49,221 nucleotides of DNA from Candidatus Aminicenantales bacterium (lineage in GTDB: Bacteria > Acidobacteriota > Aminicenantia > Aminicenantales > Saccharicenantaceae). The notes under the pieces are model-generated. The model was not told where the DNA came from. It did no database searches and saw only the letters and a list, made by a program, of their open reading frames with translations. Shown piece by piece: positions 35,773 through 44,986 of the stretch (its first letter is position 1; each line of letters opens with the position of its first letter). Location of the stretch: the NCBI GenBank assembly GCA_049512315.1, contig JBEKXF010000008.1:62001-111221 (forward strand), written 5' to 3'. Made by a program: the position numbers and the translations under genes.

Positions 35773-38004
35773 TTAGGGCCGGATCGACAGGGAGATCTTC
35801 AGGACGCCCCGCTGTTCCAGGGGATAAAAACGGCTCGTCGGGTCCCACCGCCTCTCCCAGTTCTTGTTATAAACGAGGTAGATGTCGTTGCCCGGAGAGA
35901 CCTGCCAACGGAGCCGGGCGCTCCATCCCAGCTGGTTCGAGATGTCGTCAAACTGGATGTAGTTCATCAGCCCCAGGTCCGGCGACAGAAAAAAATCGGC
36001 CTTGAGCTGATAGACGTTCTCGCTGAAGTTCCCCTGGAGCAGCCGGCCGCGGACGAGGTCGGCATTGAAGGTCAGGTTCGCGTAGCCTTTGACCTTGATC
36101 GTCAGCCCGGCCGTCGTCTCATTGTAATGACCGGAATAAAACTGGCCGAGCGACTCGCCCACCTGGAATGTCAGGGCCCGGTGGGTCGCCGAGTTGAAAT
36201 TGAGGCTGTAATTGGTGAAACGATAGGAGCCCGGCGGCAGGACGACACCCTTGGCGACCTCGAAATCCGCGGTCAGGACCTCCCGGTGGGGAGAGACATT
36301 GAAACTAAACTGTTCCCCGCCCGGGGTCCGGAAGGCGAGGGGAGAGAGGCTGATCTGACTGCTCTCGAGGTTCCCTGACAGGTCCCAGTAATAGTCCCCA
36401 CTGGCAGAAAAGAAGAACTGCCGGACGACCTTGGCCAGGAATCCGCCCATCGGCCTGGGCTGGAACGAAACGCTGAGGAAGCCGGTTTGCATGGCCTGCC
36501 GCATCATGTAGCCGAGCCCCGGGTCCAGGGCCTCGCCGTAATAGGCGTATGTGCTTTGGATGTTCCAGAGGTCGTTGGGGTAGCCCGCCCGGAAACCGAA
36601 GCCGTGATGGCGGCCCGGCTCCTCGTTCCAGTTGTAGGCGCCCCAGGCGGCCAGCATGATGTTCTTGTTCCCTTGGAACTTGGATGAGGAGTACTGGAAA
36701 TCCATACCGGCGAGGGAATTCTTCGCTCCCGTGGGACTCCCGTTCGTGAAGATCCAGCCCACCTTGCTCTCGGAAAAGACGTTCTGGGTCATCCGCGCGG
36801 CCAGGAAATTGCGTCCCGGGAGGTCGCCGAGCTTGTCGGTCTGGGCGTCGAGAACGGCGAGGTTGGTCTGACCGATCTTGCCGTAGAGCTTGGTCCCGAA
36901 GAGGACAGGGACCTGCTGGCCCTGGTACAGCCCGATCGAGCGGCTGACGAACGGCTGGAAGCTGACGCTCGAGCTGAAGCTGAAGGTCTCCGAACCCTCG
37001 AGGAAGAACATCCGCTTTTCCGGGTAGAACAGGGGAAAGCGGGTCAGGTTGATGCGGCGATCGTCGGCTTCGGTCTCGGCGAAGTCCATGTTGTAGCTGA
37101 CGACGCCGACCAGGTTGGGGGTGAAATTCTTGTAAACGTCGACGCCGCCGTCGAGCTTTTCTCCGTGGGCGCCGGCCTCGCTGTCTTTCCAAGCGCTGGC
37201 GAGGCCGTAGGGACGGACGGTGATGCCGTGCCCTTGTTTGATGCCTTCGATCCCCGTCAGGGCGGCCGCCTCCATGGGGTTATAGAAGTTGCTGTCCCGG
37301 TTGGTCCCGGAGATCCGGACGGTCTCCAGCTTGCGGGCGATGGTCCGCTCAACATTGAGGCCCCATGTCGTCAGCCCGGGCCGGAAGGAGATGGTCTTGA
37401 AAGGGATGGCGATCTCGGCGCTCCACCCGTCGGCGAGGAGCCGGGCCCGGGCCTCCCAAATGCCGTCCCAGTTGAGGCTGGACTGCCCTTCGGTGATCAG
37501 GCCCTCTCCCCGGGCGCCGCGCGGGTTGACGAAGAAGATATAGGCAGTGCGCTTGTTCTGGAACGGGTCGAGGAGGACGCGGACGACGTCGTCACTCGAG
37601 CTCTGAGACATGTGTCCATAGCCCCCATATCCCATGCCCTGGCTTTCCCCGCCGCTGTCGTGGGCCAGGGAATTGGCCGCGATCCGGCGCGGCTCGCTGT
37701 CGGAGCAGAGGACCCCGATGTAGAGGTTCGTGTCGTCGTAGAGCACCCGGAGCTCGGTCTTCTCCGTCGGTTCCTGGTTCGGCTGGGGCTCGGCCATCCG
37801 GAAACCGGAGAAGGGAGCGGCTTCGCGCCAGACGGGGTCCGAGAGGAGGCCGTCGATCTTCGGACCCTGGGCGACACGTACGGCCCGGACCTCGGCGGCC
37901 AGACCGAAAGAGGCGAGCCCGACCGATGACATCAGCATAAAGAGCAAGGCGTTCTTCGAGGCCTTCTGGATGAGCGACCTTGAGAACCGGGCTGATAGCT
38001 GCAT
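35773..38004 (-). CDS. CBM9-like domain + DUF5916-like outer-membrane protein
   Basis: PKIDGLL.DPVW, LYDDTNLYI, WSAEIAIPFKTI, DFAETEADD..INLTRFPLFYPEKR.FFLEG; start uncertain. Confidence 0.85.
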   Translation of the reverse strand: MQLSARFSRSLIQKASKNALLFMLMSSVGLASFGLAAEVRAVRVAQGPKIDGLLSDPVWREAAPFSGFRMAEPQPNQEPTEKTELRVLYDDTNLYIGVLCSDSEPRRIAANSLAHDSGGESQGMGYGGYGHMSQSSSDDVVRVLLDPFQNKRTAYIFFVNPRGARGEGLITEGQSSLNWDGIWEARARLLADGWSAEIAIPFKTISFRPGLTTWGLNVERTIARKLETVRISGTNRDSNFYNPMEAAALTGIEGIKQGHGITVRPYGLASAWKDSEAGAHGEKLDGGVDVYKNFTPNLVGVVSYNMDFAETEADDRRINLTRFPLFYPEKRMFFLEGSETFSFSSSVSFQPFVSRSIGLYQGQQVPVLFGTKLYGKIGQTNLAVLDAQTDKLGDLPGRNFLAARMTQNVFSESKVGWIFTNGSPTGAKNSLAGMDFQYSSSKFQGNKNIMLAAWGAYNWNEEPGRHHGFGFRAGYPNDLWNIQSTYAYYGEALDPGLGYMMRQAMQTGFLSVSFQPRPMGGFLAKVVRQFFFSASGDYYWDLSGNLESSQISLSPLAFRTPGGEQFSFNVSPHREVLTADFEVAKGVVLPPGSYRFTNYSLNFNSATHRALTFQVGESLGQFYSGHYNETTAGLTIKVKGYANLTFNADLVRGRLLQGNFSENVYQLKADFFLSPDLGLMNYIQFDDISNQLGWSARLRWQVSPGNDIYLVYNKNWERRWDPTSRFYPLEQRGVLKISLSIRP

Positions 38005-38134
38005 AATGACCGCTAATTCTAGACTTCCGGCCGGCTTTTTTCAACTCATTTCCCGTCATGATTTGAACCGGAGGGTGGACAAGAGCTACAATAGAAAAAA
38101 ACGGCATACGATGAGCGTTCGAGGAAGGTCAGGC

Positions 38135-39187
38135 ATGAAAACCGTCATGACGCTTTTCGCCTCAGGCTTGATGGTCGCGGCCCTGGCGGCCCAGGACACG
38201 CGGCCTGTCCGCGACGATGTCGGCTTCTGCTGGAATGCCGCCAGCATGCAGAAGCTTGTGGAGTATCTCGAGAGCCAGGAAAAGGAGCACTTCAGCGGCG
38301 AGAGGCTCGTCGCCGCCATCTCCCCCCACGACGATTATCTCTACGCCGGGCGGGTCTACTATCCGCTCTTCAAGATCCTCAGGGCCAAGGAAGTGGTCAT
38401 TTTCGGCGTCACACACGGCACCGTCCGGAAGGAGATCAGCGGCCTCGACAGCGTCCTCATCCTGGACGAATTCAAGTCCTGGCCCGGCCTGAGGACGCCG
38501 GTCGCCGTCTCGGGCTTGAGGCAGTATCTCAAGGGCCGGCTCGACAAGACTGTCTTCATCACGAACAACAAGGCCCATGAGCTCGAGCATTCGATCGAAG
38601 CGCTGTTGCCGTTCCTTCAATATTTCAACCCCGACATCAAAATCACGCCCATCATGGTCACGCCCATGCCGTTCGGCAGGATGGACGAGGTCTCGACGAA
38701 GCTGGCTGGCGTGATCGCGGACTACATGACGGAGAAGGGCCTCGCGGCCGGGAAGGACATTTTCTTCCTGATCTCGTCCGACGGCAACCATTACGGAAAG
38801 GATTTCAACAATTCGCCCTACGGCGAAGGGGAGAAAGCCTGGGACGCGGCCCGCGAGGTCGACCGGCGGCTGATCCGTTCCTACCTGACGGGGCCGCTGG
38901 ACAGCGGCAAGATCGAGGGGCTGACCCGGGAGCTTTGGGGCCAGACTTATCTCGATTATCGCAACACCTATTGGTGCGGCAAGTATTCCGTCCCCTTCGG
39001 CCTCCTGACCATGGAAAAGGTCATCGGCCGGACCAGCCATCGAAAAACGAGCGGCACGCTTTTCCGCTACTCGGACACCTACAGCGAGGGCGTCCTGCCG
39101 CTCAAAAAAATCGGCATGGGGACGACCGCGCCGTTCTCGCTCCGCCACTGGGTCAGCTTCTACTCGATCGGCTTCTACGTGGAGTGA
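38135..39187 (+). CDS. MEMO1-family (AmmeMemoRadiSam protein B-like) protein with probable signal peptide
   Basis: ISPHDDYLYAG, GVTH, EHSIE..LPFLQ, ISSDGNHYG, WCG, VSFYSI; start 38111 or 38135. Confidence 0.85.
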   Translation: MKTVMTLFASGLMVAALAAQDTRPVRDDVGFCWNAASMQKLVEYLESQEKEHFSGERLVAAISPHDDYLYAGRVYYPLFKILRAKEVVIFGVTHGTVRKEISGLDSVLILDEFKSWPGLRTPVAVSGLRQYLKGRLDKTVFITNNKAHELEHSIEALLPFLQYFNPDIKITPIMVTPMPFGRMDEVSTKLAGVIADYMTEKGLAAGKDIFFLISSDGNHYGKDFNNSPYGEGEKAWDAAREVDRRLIRSYLTGPLDSGKIEGLTRELWGQTYLDYRNTYWCGKYSVPFGLLTMEKVIGRTSHRKTSGTLFRYSDTYSEGVLPLKKIGMGTTAPFSLRHWVSFYSIGFYVE

Positions 39188-39227
39188 GCTCATCGGTGGG
39201 CCTCGGGGCATGACAAGGAGTAGACGA

Positions 39228-40226
39228 ATGGAGTACCGTTTTCTCGGAAGATCGGGGGTCAAGATCTCGGCGTTGTCCTTTGGCACCTGGGTGACGTTCG
39301 GCGACCAGCTCGGCGAGGAGAAGGCTGCGTCCTGCTTGAAGGCGGCCTACGAGGCCGGGGTGAATTTCTTTGACGCCGCCGAAGGGTATGCCCACGGCAA
39401 GGCGGAAGTCATGCTGGGCCGGATCATCCGGAGGTCCGGCTGGAACCGGAGCGACCTCGTCGTCTCGACCAAGATCTTCTGGGGCGGCTCCGGTCCCAAC
39501 GACAACGGCCTTTCCCGCAAGCACATCATCGAGGGAACAGAGGCCTCGCTTAAGCGGCTCCAGATGGACTACGTGGACCTCATTTTCTGCCATCGCCCCG
39601 ACAAGGATACCCCGATCGAGGAAACCGTCCGGGCCATGTCGCATCTCATCGGGCAGGGAAAGGCATTTTATTGGGGGACGAGCGAATGGCCGGCCGAGGA
39701 CATCCGGGACGCTTTCCACATCGCCCGCCGCGAGCGCCTCGTCCCGCCCACGATGGAGCAGCCCCAATACAACATGTTTCACAGGGACCGCGTCGAGCGC
39801 GAATACCGGCGGCTCTACGAGGACTTCGGCTTGGGCACGACGGTCTGGAGCCCCCTGGCGAGCGGCTTCCTGACCGGGAAATATGCCCATGGGATACCCG
39901 AGGGGTCCAGGCTTTCGCTCCGCGGCTACCAGTGGCTGAGGAAACGGTACGAAGGTCCCGAGGCCGAAGAGAAGCTCGAGAAAGTCCGGAAGCTGGGCCG
40001 CCTGGCGGCCGGTCTGAAAATCACCCTTCCCCAGATGGCGCTCGCCTGGTGCCTCAAGAACCCGCGGTTGAGCACGGTCATCACCGGGGCCTCACGTCCG
40101 GAACAGGTCGCGGAGAACATGAAGGCCGTCGACGCCGTGAAGCTCCTGACGGACGATGTGATGGACAAGATCGAGAAGATCCTGCGCAACAAGCCGCAAC
40201 CAGAGCCGGATTTTCGGGCTCAGTAA
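39228..40226 (+). CDS. Aldo/keto reductase (Kv-beta-like)
   Basis: MEYRFLGRSG.KIS.LSFGTW, FFDAAEGY, STKIFW, CHRPD, WSPLASGFLTGKY; SD AAGGAG. Confidence 0.95.
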   Translation: MEYRFLGRSGVKISALSFGTWVTFGDQLGEEKAASCLKAAYEAGVNFFDAAEGYAHGKAEVMLGRIIRRSGWNRSDLVVSTKIFWGGSGPNDNGLSRKHIIEGTEASLKRLQMDYVDLIFCHRPDKDTPIEETVRAMSHLIGQGKAFYWGTSEWPAEDIRDAFHIARRERLVPPTMEQPQYNMFHRDRVEREYRRLYEDFGLGTTVWSPLASGFLTGKYAHGIPEGSRLSLRGYQWLRKRYEGPEAEEKLEKVRKLGRLAAGLKITLPQMALAWCLKNPRLSTVITGASRPEQVAENMKAVDAVKLLTDDVMDKIEKILRNKPQPEPDFRAQ

Positions 40227-40240
40227 ATTTCGGGATTTCG

Positions 40241-40317
40241 ATTTCGGTGACACACAACTCATTGCCGAAATGGGCACAGATCCCTATTTGGTGAATGGAG
40301 TTATTTGTTACCGAAAT
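40241..40317. repeat. REP-like inverted pair (same family as 35258/35745)
   Basis: ATTTCGGTGACACACAACTCATT ... AATGGAGTTATTTGTTACCGAAAT imperfect IR; 20/24 match to the 35259 copy. Confidence 0.75.
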
Positions 40318-40376
40318 TAACCGTCATGATGCAGGACATCTCTTCGCTAACTTAAAGAAAACAGAGTAGTTAGATT

Positions 40377-40422
40377 GGGGTCAGGTCTAGAAAAAGTGCA
40401 AGAATGAAGATTTGACCCCTTC
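40377..40422. repeat. REP-like inverted pair (GGGGTCA family)
   Basis: GGGGTCAGGTCT...AGATTTGACCCC; 21-mer GAATGAAGATTTGACCCCTTC identical to 44893-44913. Confidence 0.8.
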
Positions 40423-40650
40423 GCGACGTGGGCGAGAGTGAGACCCGCGGCCGCCGCGGACGTCCATTAGGATAAGGAGATGATCACGAGGACGGCCGTT
40501 TTCAAGGAGGAATTAAGGGACATACTCCCCCTCCTTCTTGAAGCTCGCCTGATTCCCGACCTGGCCGGCGATTGCCGGCCGTCCCATGCCGGCCGGTTGA
40601 CTTTCGCTCCGGCCGGGTGCTACTATTTTCACGCGAGCGAGATCAGCCCC

Positions 40651-41550
40651 ATGAACGAAGTGGATGAGCTCTCCAAGATCGACCTCGGCGGCCTGCCGCC
40701 GCTCAGGCCCATGCTCCTCGACGATCTCTACCAGAACGTCCTCAAGAACCTCCACCTGGAGCTCGGCAGCGGCCCCGTCCTATACCTCATCTCCCCCAAT
40801 TATTCCGTCCTGAACCCGACTCCCGACGAGACCATCACCGACTTCATCGCCCGCAAGGAAAGCCTCCTCGATTACCTCAAGGAGGCCATCGTCCAGAACC
40901 TGGCCGTCTATTCCGTGCTCGTCGATGTCAGCAGCTACTTCATCGAGCAGAACAACGGCCTCGTCCTGGCCCGGCTCCGGGAGCGGGACTCCGAGGGGCG
41001 GCGCTTTGAGATTAAGTTCTACACCCACTCCCCCCAAGAGCTGACGACCCATTACGAGGACAAGATCTACATCGGCCGCGATTTCGTCGACCTCTTCAAC
41101 CCGGGCCGGAAGTACTTCGGGGTCAAGGACACCATCATCTCGCTCAAGACGCAGTACGAGAAGCTCCTCGCCCGGGCCGAGGCCAAGCTGAAGAAGCCCG
41201 CCGAGTTCAAATCCTACTTCCAGGAGATCGGCGAATCCGTCAACGAGCTCCACAACGAGAGCCTGCTCATCCTCCAGAGCCTGCCCCCGCACCTCGATTT
41301 CGCCAAGCTTGCCGGCAAGGACCTCATCGACGTCAACGCCCAGTACCGGGCCATCAATCATTTCGTCATCGAGCTCCACGACGAGGTCAGCGAGTTCGAG
41401 AACCTGCTCCGGGCCAAGCAGCGCTCCGATTTCGTGCGCTACGTCACGAAGTACAAGAAAGACGTGACGAACACGATCTCCTATTTCAACATCAAGGTCA
41501 ACGGCCTCATCACCCAGCGCATCTACCAGATGAAGTCCCGCCGCCCATAA
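40651..41550 (+). CDS. Hypothetical cytoplasmic protein
   Basis: Host-typical codon usage from ATG 40651; upstream TTGACT-N18-TACTAT (40597-40626); no recognised domain. Confidence 0.8.
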   Translation: MNEVDELSKIDLGGLPPLRPMLLDDLYQNVLKNLHLELGSGPVLYLISPNYSVLNPTPDETITDFIARKESLLDYLKEAIVQNLAVYSVLVDVSSYFIEQNNGLVLARLRERDSEGRRFEIKFYTHSPQELTTHYEDKIYIGRDFVDLFNPGRKYFGVKDTIISLKTQYEKLLARAEAKLKKPAEFKSYFQEIGESVNELHNESLLILQSLPPHLDFAKLAGKDLIDVNAQYRAINHFVIELHDEVSEFENLLRAKQRSDFVRYVTKYKKDVTNTISYFNIKVNGLITQRIYQMKSRRP

Positions 41551-41581
41551 AAAAACGGCCGGCCCCCGAGGGGACCGGCCG
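41549..41581 (-). terminator. Rho-independent terminator of the leftward ECF operon
   Basis: Minus strand CGGCCGGTCCCC-TC-GGGGGCCGGCCG followed by T7. Confidence 0.75.
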
Positions 41582-41615
41582 CCCCGACAATGTCCCTTCT
41601 CTTATGACGCGCGGC

Positions 41616-42929
41616 TCAGTGTTTCTCCTGGATGCGGATGTCGCCGTAGCTCGTCGAGAGGGAAACCCCCGGCCTGCCCGTGTTCTCGACGAACGCCTTG
41701 ATGAGGGACGTTCCGTTGCTCTTTTCGAGGGAGGGCTTGCCGGAGAGTCCCCAATGGACGGAGCCGCCCCTGGTTTGGGCCTCGAGCGGCGAGGCCTCGC
41801 CGGCCGGCCAGTAAAAATCGATGTCCCCGTATTCGTCCCGGACATCCACGGGGAATTTCAGGTCCGACGGGCGGAGGACGAGGCCGCCGTGCCGGAGAGA
41901 GACCTTCACGCTTGCCGAGAAATCCGCCAGTTCCACGTTCTCATAGGATGACGTGACGGAGATCTCTTGCCCTTTGATGAGCGAAGCCGTCACCCCGACG
42001 TTGTTTCCGGACACCTGGAGGTTCCCCTGGACGTTCATGGCCTTGACCGGCTCATACGTGGTCTCGACGTCGAGGTCTCCATGGATATCCTGGGCTTCGA
42101 CGGGGCAGTGGCGGGCCCGAAGCCGGGTCGCCCCGGCGTCGATGAGGGAGATCCGTTCATAAGAGGTTTCGACGGACACAGGCCCGCGGACCCGGCGCCC
42201 GTTGACCTTGGAGTGCGAGCCGATGATGTCGGCCTTCCCGCCGATGTCCTCAAACCTGACCTCGCCGTAAGAGTGGTCGACACTCAGATCCCCGGCGACG
42301 GAGAGGACCTTCACGTCGGCGTGCCTATCGATGACCCGGCAGCCGGCCTTGAGGTTCTCGGCCTCGATGTCCTCGTACGAGGATTCCAGGGTGCAGGCGC
42401 CTTCGATATCGGACGCGGACACCCGGCCGTGGCGGTTCCGGACGTCGGCCCCTTTGACGGCCGCCACCTTCACCAGGCCATAGGAATTATTGACCGTGAC
42501 CGTCATCCGCCGGGGGACGACGAGGATGAAGCCGGTCTCGAAGTTCCGCTTCGTGAATTCGTCCCGGTTCGTGGACAAGGACAGCCGGTCCGCCGTTTTC
42601 TTGAGGATGTAATGGAGCTTATCGGCGATCCCCCGTGCATCCGCCTCGTCCCGCCGCCAGACCTTTTTCTGGAACGTCACCTGGACGGTCTCCTGATCGG
42701 CCCCCCGGACCTCCACCCAGCCGTGGCTGTTCGTGACTTCGAGGCTCGAGGGAATGGGGGCCTCGATCGTCTGAGTTTCCTCGAATGGATATGCTTTCCC
42801 AAGGCCGAAGAACTCTCCGTCCTCATTGAATGTCCAACCCCATGTCGTCCAGTTGCCCGTCTGCACCTCGTAGACGACGACCCCCGCGACGAGGAGGACG
42901 ATGACGAGGAGGATCTCCCTAAATTTCAT
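41616..42929 (-). CDS. DUF4097-family beta-repeat (adhesin-like) membrane-anchored protein
   Basis: N-terminal TM, repeated V.xSYG.V/I beta motifs, ends LSTSYGDIRI. Confidence 0.85.
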   Translation of the reverse strand: MKFREILLVIVLLVAGVVVYEVQTGNWTTWGWTFNEDGEFFGLGKAYPFEETQTIEAPIPSSLEVTNSHGWVEVRGADQETVQVTFQKKVWRRDEADARGIADKLHYILKKTADRLSLSTNRDEFTKRNFETGFILVVPRRMTVTVNNSYGLVKVAAVKGADVRNRHGRVSASDIEGACTLESSYEDIEAENLKAGCRVIDRHADVKVLSVAGDLSVDHSYGEVRFEDIGGKADIIGSHSKVNGRRVRGPVSVETSYERISLIDAGATRLRARHCPVEAQDIHGDLDVETTYEPVKAMNVQGNLQVSGNNVGVTASLIKGQEISVTSSYENVELADFSASVKVSLRHGGLVLRPSDLKFPVDVRDEYGDIDFYWPAGEASPLEAQTRGGSVHWGLSGKPSLEKSNGTSLIKAFVENTGRPGVSLSTSYGDIRIQEKH

Positions 42930-43152
42930 GGCCTTTGTCCTGGGAAGGGGCGGGCGTCGCCGGCCCCTCTTTGCCCCTTTCCTTGAGCCCGTAGTAGAGC
43001 TTGTTGGCTCCCCAGACGATGAAGACCACGGGCCAGAGGCGCCAGACGTAGTGCCAGATACGGACATGCATGGTCTCGAGCAGGAAGATCCCGCCGATGA
43101 CGATGAGGATGATCCCCCAAATGCGCGAATCGCGATGTTTTTGGCTTGCCAT
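42919..43152 (-). CDS. Small LiaF/DUF5668-like membrane protein
   Basis: WGIILIVIGGIFLL...WRLWPVVFIVWG. Confidence 0.8.
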   Translation of the reverse strand: MASQKHRDSRIWGIILIVIGGIFLLETMHVRIWHYVWRLWPVVFIVWGANKLYYGLKERGKEGPATPAPSQDKGHEI

Positions 43153-43164
43153 TGTTGACCTCCG

Positions 43165-43659
43165 TTATTTGCCGTTCCTGGCCCTGACGATGGAGTCGAA
43201 AACGAGCTTCAGGCCGATGACGATGACCGCCACGGGCCAGAAGTTCCACAGGGTTTCCCAGGTGATGACGTCGAAATTAGCCAAGATGGACAGGGTGCCG
43301 ATCGCGATGAGGACGACCCCCCAGAAAACAGACCCGGAGGGAATGACCTGCGGCACGAAATCCACCTTGGCGGCCTCTTCCGGCTTTTGGCCGGCCGCCG
43401 CCAGGTTGAGGGCCTTAGCGTTGTTGACCGACTCGATGATCTGGAAGATGTAGAACCCGGCCAAGATCAGCGCCTTGAACGGCTGGCCTCCGGGCCCGTC
43501 CTGGATGCTGATGAGCCCGGCGAAAATCAAGATGTAGAGGACGCCCTTGGCGATCAGGCCGTTGTAGAGAGCTCCCGCGCCCGGAAAGATGGCGGACAGG
43601 ATGGCCGCCGCGGCCGGCGACTTGGTCGGCTTCGGCTGGATGACAATTTTTTCGTCCAT
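43165..43659 (-). CDS. Membrane protein with C-terminal LiaF/DUF5668-like domain
   Basis: KSP..AAILS.IFPGAG..YNG...KG and WGVVLIAIG...WNFWPVAVIVIG. Confidence 0.8.
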   Translation of the reverse strand: MDEKIVIQPKPTKSPAAAAILSAIFPGAGALYNGLIAKGVLYILIFAGLISIQDGPGGQPFKALILAGFYIFQIIESVNNAKALNLAAAGQKPEEAAKVDFVPQVIPSGSVFWGVVLIAIGTLSILANFDVITWETLWNFWPVAVIVIGLKLVFDSIVRARNGK

Positions 43660-43681
43660 GATGAACCTCCAATGGTTGCGA

Positions 43682-44185
43682 TTATTTCTTATCCTCTTGA
43701 CCCTTGATGGGGTTCAGAGTCTTGATAGAATCGACGACAGTGTTCTTGAGCGAGCTCAGCTCGTCCGTCACGGACCCCGCCTTGGCATAGAGCTTTTCGA
43801 CGTGGTCGTAGCCCAGGTGGAGCTGACGGTCGATGGCCTTCTGGATGCCGTGCCCCTGCGGGTGGAAGAAGACGAAGGACAGGGCGATGAACAGGACCGT
43901 GAAGGCCGCATAGACGGGCTGAAGCGACGGCCGGAGGACGAAATCGGATATCGTCCTGAAGAGACTCCTCTTCTCGGGGATGGCGTAGAGCTTGGCCATG
44001 AGGGCCGGGCCGGGCTCCAACTCGGGGAAGCCTGCCAGGGCTTCCTGCGTCTCCCGGAAGACAGAAAGGAGCTCAGCGCAGGCAGGGCAGAGGTCCAGAT
44101 GGCCGTCCATCTCCCGCTTTTCTTCGCCCGAAAGCTCGCCTTCGAGATACGCGGACAGAAGTTCCTCGAACCGTTCGCAGGTCAT
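43682..44185 (-). CDS. zf-HC2 (ZAS) anti-sigma factor
   Basis: C...LSAYLEGEL...HLDLCPAC (HxxxCxxC) and one TM; overlaps the sigma gene stop. Confidence 0.9.
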   Translation of the reverse strand: MTCERFEELLSAYLEGELSGEEKREMDGHLDLCPACAELLSVFRETQEALAGFPELEPGPALMAKLYAIPEKRSLFRTISDFVLRPSLQPVYAAFTVLFIALSFVFFHPQGHGIQKAIDRQLHLGYDHVEKLYAKAGSVTDELSSLKNTVVDSIKTLNPIKGQEDKK

Positions 44186-44736
44186 GAGGGCTCTCCTTTT
44201 TTCTCCTTCAGGACCTCGGCCAGGGCGATCCGCGCCCTGTTGACGCGGGACTTGACCGTCCCCAGTGGGAGGCCGAGGATCTCGGCCATCTCCTCATAGG
44301 TCCTCCCCTGGAGGTCCCTCAGGATGACGGCCATGCGCATCTCCGATGAAAGATGGTTGAGGCCTTCCCAGATGAGGGCCCGGATCTCTTTCCGGGCCAA
44401 GCTCTCCTCGGGACCGGAAACGGACGCCTGGGGAAGGACCCGTTCGTCGAACTCGTCCCGCTGGGTCCTTTCCCACTTTGTCTTCCGGTACTCGTCGATG
44501 AGGTGGTTCTTGGCCAGGGTCAGGAGCCAGGCGGTGAAGTTCCTCTGGAAGTCGAATTTGGCGAGCGAGCCGTAGAGCTTGAGGAAAATTTCCTGGGTCA
44601 TGTCCTCCGCCTCCTGGCGGCTGCCGGAGAACTGATAGGCCATGTTAAAGACCCTTTTAGCGTACGTGTTCATGAGCGTTTCCCAAGCTCCCTGCCTGCC
44701 TTCCAGGCATTCTCTGACGATCGCGTTCAAATCCAC
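44182..44736 (-). CDS. ECF RNA polymerase sigma factor
   Basis: EAEDMTQEIFLK, FTAWL..LAKN..ID, YEEMAEILGLPLGTVKSRVNRAR; GTG start. Confidence 0.95.
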   Translation of the reverse strand: MDLNAIVRECLEGRQGAWETLMNTYAKRVFNMAYQFSGSRQEAEDMTQEIFLKLYGSLAKFDFQRNFTAWLLTLAKNHLIDEYRKTKWERTQRDEFDERVLPQASVSGPEESLARKEIRALIWEGLNHLSSEMRMAVILRDLQGRTYEEMAEILGLPLGTVKSRVNRARIALAEVLKEKKGEPS

Positions 44737-44750
44737 TCAATTCACCCTGG

Positions 44751-44778
44751 TTGACGGAAATGGCCGGCTGAAAGTTCC
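44751..44778 (-). promoter_or_regulatory. ECF-type (sigmaE-like) promoter, probably autoregulatory
   Basis: GGAACT-N16-CGTCAA ending 14 nt before the sigma start. Confidence 0.75.
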
Positions 44779-44828
44779 ATTTTCGGGCCTATTTTCATAT
44801 AAAACGCCCCCCGTGGGCAACAAGAAGC

Positions 44829-44913
44829 GGTCAGATCTTCATTCCGTAACTTTCCTGGAGGTATCCCTCTTGAATCCAGGCCAAAAGCGACGGAATGAAG
44901 ATTTGACCCCTTC
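44829..44913. repeat. REP-like long hairpin between the divergent ECF genes
   Basis: GGTCAGATCTTCATTCCGT ... ACGGAATGAAGATTTGACC (18/19 IR) with inner CCTGGA/TCCAGG stem. Confidence 0.85.
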
Positions 44914-44986
44914 TTGATATAATAAGGGGAAGGGATGCCTGAAAACTGCAACGTTTCGGGCCCCGGACAGGTTTAAGAAATTGAGA

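Noticed and set aside
40480..40650. Longer start for the hypothetical protein
   Set aside because: SD abuts the ATG, and the region contains a REP-like remnant and a promoter; coding-like codon bias starts at 40651
35258..44913. CRISPR array
   Set aside because: Repeats are dispersed inverted pairs, not regularly spaced direct repeats; no cas genes in the window
44903..44923. TTGACC...TATAAT as a sigma70 promoter pair
   Set aside because: Spacer is only 9 nt and the TTGACC belongs to the repeat arm
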